Shown piece after piece: positions 11,966 to 25,094 of a DNA stretch of 64,000 nt. How positions within the stretch are numbered: position 1 is the stretch's first letter; every line of letters starts with the position of its first letter. The DNA comes from the human T2T-CHM13v2.0 reference genome, Homo sapiens, in NCBI RefSeq assembly GCF_009914755.1, contig NC_060926.1, one strand, 5' to 3'. The notes under the pieces are model-generated. The model did not search any database. It saw only the letters and a program-made list of their open reading frames with translations, and was not told the DNA's origin. The position numbers were made by a program, and so were the translations under genes.

Positions 11966-12020
11966 TTTTAATCACAAAATTTGTTATTTAATGTCTGTCG
12001 TGTTCACTCTAATGGTCCTA

Positions 12021-12186
12021 GAAGGTTCTCATCTCTGGCTGCAAGTTAGAATAGTCAGGAATGCTTTTGCGAAATATCCCTGCCTGGGTCTCACCCAAAA
12101 TTAAATTAAATCAGAATCTCTGTGGGTGGTTTGGTTTTAATTTCTCCAAGTGATTCTAATGTGCAGTCACTGTCAGAAACTTTCTG
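12021..12186. mobile_element. MER5-family hAT MITE
   Basis: ggttctcatctctggctgcaagttagaat...aaatcagaatctctg...ccaagtgattctaatgtgcag. Confidence 0.8.
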
Positions 12187-12194
12187 TTGTATAG

Positions 12195-12808
12195 AGCTGC
12201 GATTCTCACCGTGGTCCATTTTGCCCCCAGGGAACATCTGGCAGTATCTGGGGACACTATTCGTTGTCTCAACTTGGAGTAAGGGATGCTACTGGCATCT
12301 AGTGGGTAGAGACCAGTTTTATGGACTGAATTTGCCCCTCCTAAAATCCTTATGTTGAAGTCCTAATCCCCAGTAACTAAGAATGTAAATGTACTTGGAG
12401 ATAAGGTCTTTAAAGAGGTGATTAAGTTAAAGTGAGGCCTTTAGAGTGGGGCCCTAATCCAATAAGGCCAGCACCCTTATAAGAAGAAGAAAGGAACCAG
12501 GGATGTGGTCGCACAGAGGAAAGGCCACATGAGGACACAGCAATAAGGCTGCAGCCCACAAGCCAAGGAGAAAGGCCTCAGGAGAAATCAACCCTACTGG
12601 CACCTTGATCTTGGACTTACAGCCTTCAGAGCTTTGAGAAAATAAGTTTCCATGGCTTATGCCTCTCAGCCTGTGGCATTGTTAGGGCAGCCCTAGCAAC
12701 TAATACAACAGGAATGCTGCTAAACATCATACAGTGCACAGAACATTCCCCACAACAAAGAATTATCTGACCCAAAATGTCCATAGTGCCAAGATTAAGA
12801 ACTCCCTA
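12195..12808. mobile_element. MER20 hAT MITE split by an MLT1A-like LTR
   Basis: ttttgcccccagggaacatctggcag...ggcatctagtgggtagagaccag, then resumes after the LTR as ggaatgctgctaaacatc...acaacaaagaattatctgacccaaaatgtc. Confidence 0.88.
12317..12707 (+). mobile_element. MaLR solo LTR, MLT1A/B-like
   Basis: tatggactgaatttgcccc...ttaaagaggtgattaagttaaa...ccctaatccaata...ggcaccttgatcttggactt...gcagccctagcaactaataca. Confidence 0.9.
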
Positions 12809-12874
12809 GAGCCTAGGTCTGTGCTGTGTGTAGATAACCAATAAATATTTTCTTACCTAGGTGAATGACATATT

Positions 12875-13815
12875 TAATAGGTAGAAATCATCAGGACTTG
12901 GTCACCCATTGAATGTGACAAGAGAGGGAGAGGGAAGAGTCAGGAATGGCAGCCAGATTTCTGGTTGGGGTGACCAAGTGAAGGGAAAGAGCAGAATCCC
13001 GGAAAGTGGACAGGAGGGAGTGGGGGATAAGGTGGGAGCTGAGGGAGTGGGGGCATCCCGTGCAGGTGCTCAGTGGCTGAGCAGAAATAGGTTTCCGGAA
13101 ATGAGAACTAGGCAATTGCTAGCATACAAGCCATAGTTCAGCAACCGCGGGGAGACAAGGCTGCCTGGAGGAGCATCTAGAATGAGCAAAGTGCCAGCTA
13201 TGGAACCTTGATGACTGTAAATACTTAAAGAGTGGGCAGAGGAAAAGGAGGACAGAGGCACTACGGGGGCTTTAGTGCAAGGGCAGTTCATGGAAGCTGC
13301 AACGGTGAGTCCTACGGACCTATGTCACTGAGCTATCCTACCCAATTATCCAACCAAACACGAAGGTAGGTGTTGGGGAGATGTTTGTACATGTGGTTGG
13401 CCTCTATAATCAGATAACTTTAAGTAATGGAAATTAGTCTCAATAATGTGGGTAGGCCTCATCCAATCAGTTGAAAGGCCTTAAAAACTAAACTGAGGTT
13501 CCCCTGAGAAAGAAGAAATACCACCTGTCAAGGGCAGCTTTAGCTCCTGCCTGAGAGTTTCCAACCCACCAGCCTGCCCCCCAGGGTTCTGACTTGCCAG
13601 CCCCTTGTTCTGTTTCTCTGAAGAACCCTGATGGATACAGAAGCCAAAGAGGGGCTCCAGGAGAAGGGAAGCTGATGGCTCCGTTCTGCACCCTCACACA
13701 TTGGCTGTGGCACATATGACTGAAAAATAAAGGGTATTCCATACCCATGGCAAGAGCTCAGAAGAGAAATCAAGAAAAAAGAGGAGAGGTCTAGGAGAGA
13801 GGGCAGAGGAAAGCT
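12875..13815 (-). mobile_element. L2 body fragments, split by an MLT2 LTR
   Basis: ggtagaaatcatcaggacttggtcacccattgaatgtg...gagggagagggaagagtcaggaatg...cagatttctggttgggg. Confidence 0.65.
13298..13639 (+). mobile_element. ERVL solo LTR, MLT2 family (MLT2D-like)
   Basis: TG...CA termini; perfect 5-bp TSD gaagc at 13293-13297 and 13640-13644; ataatgtgggtaggcctcatccaatcagttgaaaggcctt and gttctgtttctctgaagaaccctga motifs. Confidence 0.9.
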
Positions 13816-13830
13816 TCAAAACTGTGTGCC

Positions 13831-14130
13831 CACTGGACACAGTGGCTCACACCTGTAATCCCAACACCTTAGGAGGCCAAGGCAGGAAGATCACTTGAAC
13901 CCAGGAATTCGCGACCAGCCTGGGCAATAAAGTAAGACCTTGTCTCTACAAAAAAATAGACAAAACTAGCCAGGTGTGGTGGTGAACACCTGTGGTCCCA
14001 GCTACTGGGGAGGCTGAGGTGGGAGGATTGCTTGAGCCCAGGAGATTCAAGGCCGCAGTGAGCCATGATCGCACCACTATGCCCCAGCCTGGGTGATAGA
14101 ACAAGACCCTTTCTCAAAAATAAGTAAAGG
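13831..14130 (+). mobile_element. AluJ
   Basis: Dimeric Alu with J-type gaggattgcttgagcccaggag...ggccgcagtgagccatgatc; TSD aaactgtgtgcc at 13819-13830 and 14131-14142. Confidence 0.96.
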
Positions 14131-14224
14131 AAACTGTGTGCCTACCTGTGGAAATGAGAAAGACAGGACAGGGCAACATGTAGAGACCAAGTCAGGAAAC
14201 AAGCGCCCAGCTGTCCCTCCCTAC

Positions 14225-15120
14225 ACCCATCACTACTTGAGCGCTCACCACACCCTGAGAGCTGTCAGCAGTTTACACGCACTAATTCTCATTACAGTCC
14301 TTCCAGGGGGGAGTTTTCATCTTTATTTTATACAGGTGGCAACTGGACCACTGTGAGAGACCGAAGAATTACCCTAGACCTTTTGCTAGCATGTAGAAGA
14401 ACCCAGAACCAAACTCAGGCCTCTCGGATTCCACACTTCTGCTATTCACCACAAAGCTGTTATTGTGCAAGCTGCTTGGTCTGGTGGAAACGTTAGGAGT
14501 GGAGAAATGGAGTTCTAAGGCCAACTCTGCCCTGATGGGCTGCCGGGTGTCCACAGGCAGGTAGCAGGTGGTAGGAGTCATCTGCTGTCATGGAACAGCC
14601 CAGGCTTCAGGGTCATACACCTAGAGCTGCATCTCAAGTCTACCATTTACCAATTGGGTGCTCTTGGGCATATCTCTTACCCTTCCCAAAATTCAGCCTC
14701 CCCATCTCCAAAAGAGCGATAAATTATATCTTTAAAAGATGGTATTTTTTGAGACAGCATGCGCAAGGCACAAAGCACATAGAAAGTGCCCAAGAATTGG
14801 GAATTCCAGTCCATTTTCAGTGTTCACTGGTCCTTGGTTTTCTCACACATTCCACCTCCTGCAGGGTTGTTGGGCTGCTCCAATGAGATGATAAATGCAA
14901 ATGTACTTGACAAATTCAAGGCATCATCACCATGGAAAGACAGGATACACACACTATATTTTATACAAAATTTAGCCACCAGTTGTACAACCCCGAGCAA
15001 GTCATAGAAACTTCCTGTGCCTCAGTTTCCCCGTGTGAAAACCAGGCAAAGTGAAAGCTGCTCCACCCACCCCCACACTTAGCCTTACGAGGACACATAA
15101 GTGCAATTTGTAATAATTAT
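14225..15120. mobile_element. Cluster of three MIR fragments (about 14225-14440 minus, 14590-14790 plus, 14960-15120 plus)
   Basis: MIR core text such as cccagaaccaaactcagg and gcaagtcat...ctgtgcctcagtttcccc. Confidence 0.6.
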
Positions 15121-17829
15121 ACATTGAATTTCAGGCCATACGGTTATACTGGATTTCTAAACAGCCAGATGACATTCCTAGCCCCCTTCCCCAAAATCGT
15201 ATCATGGAATATCATCCCCGTCACTAGCTCTAACTTTGTGGAATTCTCTTTTGCTGTTTCAACCCCTGATTTGATTCACATCTCCTATCTTGCTCCCGCT
15301 GTCATTTTCTCTCCCAGACTCAACACGTGGCTGCACCGATATCCTCCCTCTGTTTCCTTTCTTGTTACTACATGTCCAGTAGCATTGCATAAAAGTGCTC
15401 AAAGGGAAGGGTCAAGCTCCGTTTCAAGTCTGAGGTCTGGGATTACATCAAATCCGTAACGTTTATCTGACCTCGCCATCAGCCAAATACTTCCCAATTT
15501 AAGTCTCAGTCACATCAAGAGAAGACTGAATAGTACAGGCTGCAGAGTGCCCTGCTTTCGCCTCCATTTTTCTTACTTAATTCCAAGCGTATGGCTCCCA
15601 AACCCACTTAGGCCCTGTAATGGTCACAAGCAGTGTGGCCATTGGCAACCAGGCAGCATTTCACCTGAGGCAGCTCAGGGACTGCGGGGCTGCTGTCAGA
15701 GCAAACAGACCGCCTCCATGGACTGGAGGGAGCAAGGCTCACACAAAGGGCTTTTTGTTTCAGTTAAATAAGAAGTCATTTTGAGCCCAATTTCCAAAGT
15801 GCCTCACTCTCCACGTGCCTTGGGCACACAGTGAACATTACTATTGTATGGCAGAACTCCCCTGTTCTACCTCACACAGCCCAAACTTAGAGGCAGGGGA
15901 TATTGGCTTAGGAGGTGCCCCCTGGCAGCAGATGGGGTGTGCATCTGTTATCTTGTCCCTTGTGCAGAAATTTATCTTATTGCCACTAAATCAACAATGC
16001 ATAAACAATAGGGTGCATCCCTAGTGCCTAGGACAGTGCCTGAAACCCCGGGGAAACATGATGAATATTTGTGCAGTGAATAAGCAAATGAATAAAAATA
16101 AAAGGAATAAAAAGTTCACGTGGGGGTTAGAAGGAAAAATAGTTTCAGATTTTGTTTTGTTTTGCTTTGTATTTAAATGAAAGAGGAGAAGAAAGAACTA
16201 TAATTTGAGTTCCAAATTAGAAGGCAACTAGACCCAGGAAAGAGTAAGTCATTTGTTTGACCATTTGGGGGCATAGCAGTCAGCCAGCAGGTACCCAAAA
16301 CAGACAGTGCAAGGCACAACTCCAGAAATACTTCCAGGTTCGAGAAGTCTCTGTGACTTCTGCCCCCTCAGCCTCCACTCTTCACTTCTGCCTTGTTTTG
16401 CTCTCCCTGCTCTGCGTACACAACCTGAATGAGGTTACTTAGCCCTGACAGCTTTCTCTGGGGAGCAATTAGAGCCTTTAAGATCTTACCTATGCTTCAC
16501 CAGAAGTCTTCTCATTAAATAGTTACTTCAAATGTTCCCAGGGCTGAAAACATTAAGATTTAAAGGGAACAATTGACTGCTTTTTTTCCATGCCAAATCA
16601 GACCGTTGTTTAACATGGTGAGAGCTACCACTGAGGTTACTGAAGTAGAAAAAGGGGGTTATATGTTGCTGGAGAACAGAAACTTAGCAGGGAAATTAAA
16701 AACAAGACAGGCTCTGGGACCAAGTAAGTCAAAGTGATGTCTTCAAGGAATCAGGCTTTGCAGAGGTCCTGCGGCCCAAAAGTCAGACCCTCAATACCCT
16801 CCAGGGCTTCCAAAGCAACTCTGTTCTGCATCCCATCTCACAAAATAATTGGGAGCTACCAGCAAGATGCCTGCCACGAGAGGGCAGCTTCCTGGAGGGG
16901 GGCCCTTGAAGGATGGCGAGCCCAGCAAGGACAAAGCGTGGCAGGGTGAAGAGCAGTGTTTGAGACAGCAGGGCCCATCTGAGCCTGGAAGCTTGTTTTG
17001 AAGCAGAAGCTGAAGTTCTCCTTTCTGACCATGCCCCACCCTGCCGAGAGAACCTTGCCCTTCATGGGAAAGTGATTTGGGGAGCACCAAAGTCATCTGT
17101 GTCTTAGTTGTGTGGGGCATTGAGCTGTCTTGGAATTGTGACTCATCCACTCATGCATTGTGGTTTAACATAGGGTTCCAATGTATTAAAATTTATTCAT
17201 AATTTCTAAATGGTATCAGGTCAGATTCGAAGATGAAAATAAACATCATCTCCTTCAAAGTTGAAGTCAATTAACCCAGGACAGGAAGAAGACTTCTAAG
17301 TGAGCAAAGAAAGAGGAACACATTTGTTTGGTGTCCAGCTCAGGATACATGGAAAACATTCCTTGGTTCCTTTTAGTGCGCATGGGCTTCTGTTTCCCAG
17401 AACTGTCCCAGAAAGATGTCTTCACTTTTCTAAGCTGCAAGTATACATAAGCATCAGGATAAGTCAGTAATTAAATCCCTACACAAAGCAAACTCAGATT
17501 TTTTTTTGCGTGTGTGTGTTCTTCATAATTTCCCATGTAGGCCTTGTTCTCTTGGCAGGGTGGAGCCCTGTTAAAAAGACCAAGCTGACATAAGCTTGCC
17601 TTCTAGCTTCCTGGGCTCCTTCTAGTTTCCTGGGAGCTGGACCCTATGCCCAGCACTCCCCCTTGCCATTCCCCAGTTGACATTGCCATGGTTGGTGATC
17701 ACTTCATGACAGAAGCCACCTTCCTAGGCATCATTCTTTCCAGGGTCCCTGGAAGGTTATCTAGGCCTTTTGTTCTGAATAAGACTTCGAATTTTCATCA
17801 GACCTTCTGTACACATCTCCTACAGGGAA

Positions 17830-18310
17830 CTTTGGCTCTATCTTTGCCAATCCTTTCTATAATGGGGGAAAATCTCATGATAGCATTCTTGCCTCCCCAT
17901 TGTAGTCACAACTCAAACTGCCAGCCTCTCTTGCAGTTAGAATGCAGGCCTGTGACATAGTTCTGTCTTTGTACACACCTGCATAAGATTTTGCTTTAGA
18001 AATGAAGTGAGCAGTGTAAGGAACTGGGCTCAGCAAGGGAATCCCTTCGCTGACACGGTAGCATCAGTTCTTGGGAAGCAGCAGTGCACAGGGTAGAAAT
18101 GACAAGTTCTTATCATTGAGTTCTCAGTAGCTGCAATGGTGGTTTCATCTTCAGGCCAGTTCTACAGTGCGGTTGGGGCACTTTTTCTGGAAACTTAACC
18201 TGGAATTTGCTTTCCCTGCCCCTCAACTCCTAATGATCCCAAATATTCAATAGATCCATTTTATTCTTGAAACAGGTGTTGCCGTTGTCTGTAACCAAGA
18301 ATGTTGACAG
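17830..18310 (+). mobile_element. ERVL-class LTR, LTR33-like
   Basis: ccagcctctcttgcagttagaatgcaggcctgtgacatagttctg and 3' end ttattcttgaaacaggtg...tgtaaccaagaatgttgaca. Confidence 0.55.
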
Positions 18311-18984
18311 TGGGCATTTCAGGAGCTGAGGGCATTTCGGGGGATCACTCTTCTCCTGGTCTTCAGTGACAGGGTGGGAGGCAAGGATCATCCCTTCCTG
18401 GGGATATAGAAAATTCATTCATTCACTCAATATATAGCAAACTTGTGAGTTAGGAGCAATCCTTTCTGAGAATCAGTGATGTCTGCAGATGTAAATTCCT
18501 TTGACACCCACATAAAGCTATAGCATAGAGGAGCTTCAAAACACACAGGCTTAAGCTTCCACACACACCCCTTTGCCCTCCTTCCCTGGCCCTCTCTTGA
18601 TCTTTACTTCAATCCTCTCCAGGCAACCAGATCTCTCAGACCCTTCTCCTCCACTAACCTCAACCAAATTTGAAATCAACCTCTTTAAGGTTTAATGACC
18701 AAAATGGCTTGGAATGTTATCCTTTGCCAGAAGTATTTGTATGATACAGGAACTAGAGCCTTGGACTAAAAGGACAATGTCTCCTAGTGAAATTTCAGGC
18801 ATCAGCCAGTCAATAAAGAAAATTTGTGTTTGATTTGCTTCAATTTTCATCTATTTGTTTGTTTTTACCAATGAGGATTTCCCTGGGAGACTACAAAGCT
18901 GTCATCTAGGAAGAAAGGACTCAACATTTGTGGGCCATCTACATATATGCAGGTGGTGTGAAGGATGCTTTTTCCAACATGACC

Positions 18985-19445
18985 ACACTTACCCTGGCCC
19001 TCACCATTCCAGCCACACTGGCCACCTCGCTGCTCCTCCAACATGACACATGCTCTCTGGCCTGGGCCTTTGCACTGACCAGTCCCTCTGCCTGCAGCAC
19101 CCTTTCCCCAAAGATCTCCATGGCCCACTTCTTTATCTTCAGGTATCTGCTCAAATGTCTGCAAGTAGACACACCTTCCCTGACCACCTGCCCTCCACCC
19201 ATCATGCTTGGTATTCTCACTCCCCCAACTCTGCTTTATTAGTTCCCCACATCACTAATCGCCACATGGCATACTTACTTAGTAATTCACTGTCCAGCTG
19301 CTCCCAGCCCCAACCACCACCACTAGAAGATCAGTTCTAAACAGGCAGGGATTTTGTGTTTGCTCACTGCTCCTCTCCCCAGCACCTAGATCAATTATCA
19401 ACACAGAGTAAGTGCTCAACAAAATCTGTTGACTAAATTAAACTC
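18985..19445 (+). mobile_element. L2a 3' region
   Basis: ccagccacactggcc...gggcctttgcact...ttcaggtatctgctcaaatgtc...ggcagggattttgt...cagcacctaga...gtaagtgctcaacaaaatctgttga. Confidence 0.9.
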
Positions 19446-19689
19446 ATACAGAATGATGCAAATATCATTCTAACTTTCAGAAAAATAGCGATGTTTAGAA
19501 AAATTAAATTGTTCAAGGTTCATTAATCCATTAAGCCTTGCACCCAAACCTGAATCTGTGCAGCAAGAAAGACCGAGCTTCCTCACCCCTTCCTCCCTAG
19601 GCAAGTTAATCAGAGGGAGTATTCAGGGTCATGCCCTCAGCTCCTCAGTGGCCATCCAACCCCTTCCTGATGGGTAACACTTGCATAGC

Positions 19690-20070
19690 TTAAGGTAACA
19701 TCAGTTTCTACAACTGGTAAACCTTCATATATAAGTGGGTTAACCCAATAAAAGAGTGTGATACAGGTATGCTTGGTAGGAACATTCTCCTCCAAGTGGT
19801 GAATCAGGGACCCAGGCTCTTTCTGATTTATGGATCAACTACCTTCAACACATGGCTCTCAAGGTGGTCCTGGAAATCACTTCCATTCTAGCCATGGAAT
19901 GAGCATGAAGATCACCTAAGGGGGTAGAGGAGAAACACTTCTACTCACATGACATTGGCCAGCTCTCAGTCACATGGCTACACCCAACTGCAAGGGAGTC
20001 TGGGAAATATAGTGTGGCCATGAGCCCAAGAAGAGGAGAAAAGAGGTGTGGTGATAAATAACCAGTCTCA
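19690..20070 (-). mobile_element. Old MaLR LTR (MLT1J/K-like)
   Basis: cagggacccaggctctttc...cattggccag...gtcacatggctacacccaactgcaagggagtctgggaaatatagt. Confidence 0.65.
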
Positions 20071-20159
20071 GAGGATCCCCTGTCATCTTCTATTAGTAAC
20101 CTAGGTTTTAGAGTAGGCCAACTGCTGAATGGAAAGGTACCAGGAAAGTGTTTAACCAC

Positions 20160-20350
20160 CTAGACCTGGAATTCAAGCAATCTTGGGCTCATGTTCCAGG
20201 CTCACCATTGACTAGATACTTAACCTTAGTCTAGGTACTTACCTGTCTGAGTCTCAGTTTCCTCAGCTATAAAATAGGGACAGTACTAGTAACTACCTCA
20301 TTGGGTTGTGGTGAGGAACAGCTGAGATCATGCCTGTTGGGTATGTAGCA
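20160..20350 (+). mobile_element. MIR
   Basis: acttacctgtctgagtctcagtttcctcagctataaaataggga...ctacctcattgggttgtggtgagga. Confidence 0.8.
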
Positions 20351-21124
20351 GTCCTGACCAGAACTGTTATGAGGGAAAAGATGCTCCAAAAAGGGGTCCC
20401 AGCTTCCTCCCCCAGTGCTCTTACATCCCAGCAGGCCAGCAATTCAGAGAGCCACTCTGGGTCTCAAAGCTTAAATGAGACAAGGTTTGTCCCCATTTGA
20501 CAAATGACCTGTGAGTCCTCTCTGTTGCATCCTATTGATGGTTTCTGACAAATCCCACAGTATCAGTTTGCATAAGTAAGTTTGAAATGCCCTTTCCATT
20601 AACAGAGGAGCTCTGCTATTAACTAATTACACTTTGGCTTTTCCTGTGTAAGCCACCGTGCCAGGGAGAAGAGGCCAAGCGTGAGGTGGCCTCTGGTGTG
20701 GCAAGAAGGTTTGTGCAGACTGGGATGGGCAGGGGCTGGGGTGAACGTGGGGGCTGCTCCTTTCTGTCCTTTCCTTTCTATAAATCCAGTTATTGGGACA
20801 GTGACCTTTGGAGGAGTGGCTCCCAATTTCCCACACGAATGTTTTCAAAGGATTTGGGACAACTCCAGTTTTCAGAAAACTGCTGATATTCAGAAAAAGA
20901 CTAAATGCACTGCTCAAGGTTACGAGAGTACCTGAATCCATTGTGAGGTGGGGTCCTGACAGAAGAGCACTGTTCTCAGAAGCTACAGCCTCCAACGTGG
21001 TTCTGACCCCAGGGCCGACACCTGCCAGGTCAGTCCCAGGCCTGACCGGGGAGCAGTGGTCTGCCTATTCTGTCTTCTGCCATGCCTTCCTCCATGTTGG
21101 TCAAGAAAAAATTTTAAAAGCCTA

Positions 21125-21265
21125 GGTTTTAGAGTGAGTCAGATGTGGGTTCAAATCCCAGCTCTGCCACTTACCTCCAGCAAGTTATACCCCGACTTGG
21201 AGTCTCAGCATGCTTGTGCGTTAAATGAGACCTAGCTCAAGGAGTTACCACAGGATTAACTGTGG
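21125..21265 (+). mobile_element. MIR
   Basis: gagtcagatgtgggttcaaatcccagctctgccactta. Confidence 0.8.
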
Positions 21266-21992
21266 AAAAGGGTAGCTCCGAGAAGAAACCAAGGAAACAT
21301 TAGTAGGTAGGTGTTCCTACCCTACTCTCACCCTGAAATCACTCCCTTTTCTGTAAGCCTTGATGTCACCAAGCTGAAAATGCTTTTGAGGGATTGCCCC
21401 TCTCCAGTGTATTCTTACTGTAACAATAGATGCATTGGGTAGCTGACGGGTGAGGAGTTTGCCATGCCTTGAATATTGAGATTTAGACATCTCTGTAACA
21501 CTGACGGGTGGGCCCGACAGAAATCCATTTAATTGGTTCTGAAGAGCCTCTTGGGGGGCAACTGCAAGTGAGAGAAGGAGTCACAGATTATGAGCTTTAT
21601 CCAATAGAAAGCTTTTGACATAGGAAAGGAATTGGGATTTTGAGTTAGGATCACTCAAATCTATTCCTATCCCAGCTGCATAGATCGGCATCTAGTTACT
21701 GGAAATAGAAAGTAAATAAATAAAAACAAAAAGAACGAGCTCCACTTCCATTTAGGTTGCCAAAAATTGCTGAAGACTTGCTCCCATCCTAACAATGAGA
21801 ATGAACCAGGTAAGCTACAATATCACAATTGTTTAAAACCTATCAGAGAGCTTCAGATGCAAAGAAGTGAAATGAACTAAATTTCAGAAAGTGAAGATTC
21901 CTTCCTAGCAAGAAGAGAGACATTTTCATCACTGGGAAGGAGCAGAGAAAGATGAATCTGCCATGGATAGGGGTAAGGAGAAACCACCAAAC

Positions 21993-22337
21993 TTTTTTTT
22001 TAATTAATTTTGTTTTTTTAAATTTATTTATTTTATTTATTTATTTTTTTATTTTTTGAGACAGAGTCCTGCTCTGTCGCCCAGACCGGAGTGTAGTGGC
22101 ACAATCTCGGCTCACTGCAACCTCTGCCTCCGGGTTCAAGCGATTATCTTTCTCAGCCTCCCGAGTAGCTGGGATTACAGGTGCCTGCCACCATGCCCAG
22201 CTAATTTTTGTATTTTTAGCAGAGACAGGGTTTCACCATGTTGTCCAGGCTGTTCTCAAACTCCTGGCCTCAGGTGATCTGCCTGCCTCGGCCTCCCAAA
22301 GTGCTGAGATTATAGACATGAGCCACCGCACCCAGCC
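21993..22337 (-). mobile_element. AluS (Sx/Sz-like) with a long T/TTTA tail
   Basis: Full antisense Alu; TSD ccaccaaactttt at 21984-21996 and 22338-22350. Confidence 0.96.
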
Positions 22338-22995
22338 CCACCAAACTTTTAATAGAATTGCAGCAGTGAGTGGGTTGGCATGGCAGATTAAGACCCTGGG
22401 GAGTGTGTGTCTGTACCAGTCCACAACCCTCTGCTATTGTTCTTATCTAGTGCACAGGGCCAGTATGCTGTAGGGCTAGGGATGGTAGATTACCCTGAGA
22501 TATCCAGGGCCTTCTCCAAGTGCAACGCCGAAGCTGGGGTAGGGCAGGAGGTCCAAGAGAAATCCCTCTGAGGCACCCGTGGCCTCCACTGAGCGCACTG
22601 CTACCGTCCTCCAAAGACGCAAGCAGGACCACTGGGTGGAGAACTCTCAAGAGGCAGACATTTGGGGGCAACGCTGGAGGGCAAAGAGAACACTCCAGTG
22701 GGAAAAAGAAGAATAAAAGCTGGCAGCTATGTTGTAAAGCATAAAGAATTTTCTAGAATCTCACCAGTGTTCAGATCCCAAACTCTGCTGAAGGGAAAGC
22801 CATGACCCTTTCTTCAAATTGTTTGAAGCCAGTTGCAAAATAAGTCTAAGAAAAAAAGTGGAATGTTAACAAGGAAAATGTATTTTTTCTTCTTTTTTTT
22901 GAGATAGCAGCCAAGTACTTTCCAAAATCAACCCATGGATCCAGGAAGCTCAGTGAACCCAAATAGATAAATACAAGGAAAACCATACCTAGACA

Positions 22996-22996
<1 letters not shown>

Positions 22997-23031
<35 letters not shown>

Positions 23032-23038
23032 ACACACA
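22997..23038. repeat. (CA)n microsatellite with one interruption
   Basis: Read directly. Confidence 0.95.
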
Positions 23039-23534
23039 ATATGTATATTTCCAACTTCTGTAGAAAAAAAAGACTCACTGTTAAAAGCAAAAATGATAAT
23101 ATATTATGGAGTTTATAGCATAAATAGAAGTAAAATATATGAAAACAATAGCATAAAGGGCAAGAAGCAGGTGAATGTAATTATATTGCTGTTTCTTGCA
23201 TTGCCATTCATTAGGAATGTATTTGAAAGTAAACTGTGATAACTTAAAATACACAGTCTAATTTCTAAAGAGCAAACACTATAAAAATAATACAAAAAGT
23301 ATAGCTACAAAGTCAATAAAGAAGACAAAATAGAGTAATAAAAAAATACTTGATTTACCCTAAAAGAATACAGGAAAAAAATGAAGCAACGTACAATGAA
23401 TAGATATGACAAATACCGGAATGATAAACTTAAACCCAATCATAAATGTTATTGTAGTAAATGTAAATAGATTAAATACATCAACTGTTTAAGGCAGAAA
23501 TTGTCAGATTGAATAGAAAAGCAAGACTTACCTA

Positions 23535-23980
<446 letters not shown>

Positions 23981-24801
23981 GATTGATTGAAAGGAAAATA
24001 TTAGAAAAAGATGTTCCATGCAAACAATAAACATGAGAAAACTGGGGGCTATATTAAAATCAGACAAAGTGGATTTTAAGACAACAAATATTACCAGAGA
24101 TAAGGTGAGTATTTTGTCATTTTTTAAAGATCAATTTATGTAGAAGACCTAATCATTATAAATGTATATATATATATTCATAACAAAGTTTCCAAATTCG
24201 AAAAGAAGAAATTGACAGAACTAAAGAGAAAAATAGAGAAATTCACATTCATACTTGGAGACTATAACACCTCTCTCTCTCAGCAAATGATATAACAAAT
24301 AAACCCCAAAAAAATCAGTAAGGATATAAAAGGATTGAAATACCACTTTTAACCAATTTGACATTTATAAAAAACTATAGCCAAAATCTGCAAATACTCA
24401 TTATTTTCAATTGCACCTAAAATATTCACCAAGACAGATTACATGCTGAGCCACAAAACAAATCTAAAAAAAACAAAGGTTCAAAATCATATCAAAGGAT
24501 CAAAATAATATTCTCTGATTGCAATAGAAATTAGATATCAATTATAATTAGATATCTAGAAAATCTTGTAATATTTCAAAATTTAAGTAACCACTTCTAT
24601 ATAACCCATCAGTCAAAGAAGAAAAAAAAAAAAGGGAAATTAGAAAATATTTCCAACTGAAGAATAAAAAACATACAACATAAGAAAATTTGTAGGATGC
24701 AGATAAATCTGGACTTAGAGGAAAATTAGGGCTTTAAATGTCTATATTAGAAAAAAGGACTGAATCAAAGACCTAAATTTTCACCTTAAGAAGCAAAAAA
24801 A

Positions 24802-25094
24802 GGTCAGGCACGATGGCTCATGCCTGTAATTCCAGCACTCTGGGAGGCTGAAGAGGGAGAATTTTTTGAGGCCAGGAGTTCGAGACCAGCCTAGCCAGCA
24901 TAGTAAGACCCCATCTCAACTGAAAAATAAAAAATTATCTGGGTGTGATGGCACACACTTTTAGTCCTAGCTACTTGGGAGGTTAAGGCAGGAGGATCAC
25001 TTGAGCTCAGGAGGTAGAGGCTGCAGTGAGCTGTGCTCATGCCCCTGCACTCTAATCTGAGTAACAGAGCAACAACTCAATTCAAAAAAAAAAA
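24802..25094 (+). mobile_element. AluJ
   Basis: ggtcaggcacgatggctcatgcctgtaat...ggaggatcacttgagctcaggaggtagaggctgcagtgagctgtg, then poly-A. Confidence 0.94.
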
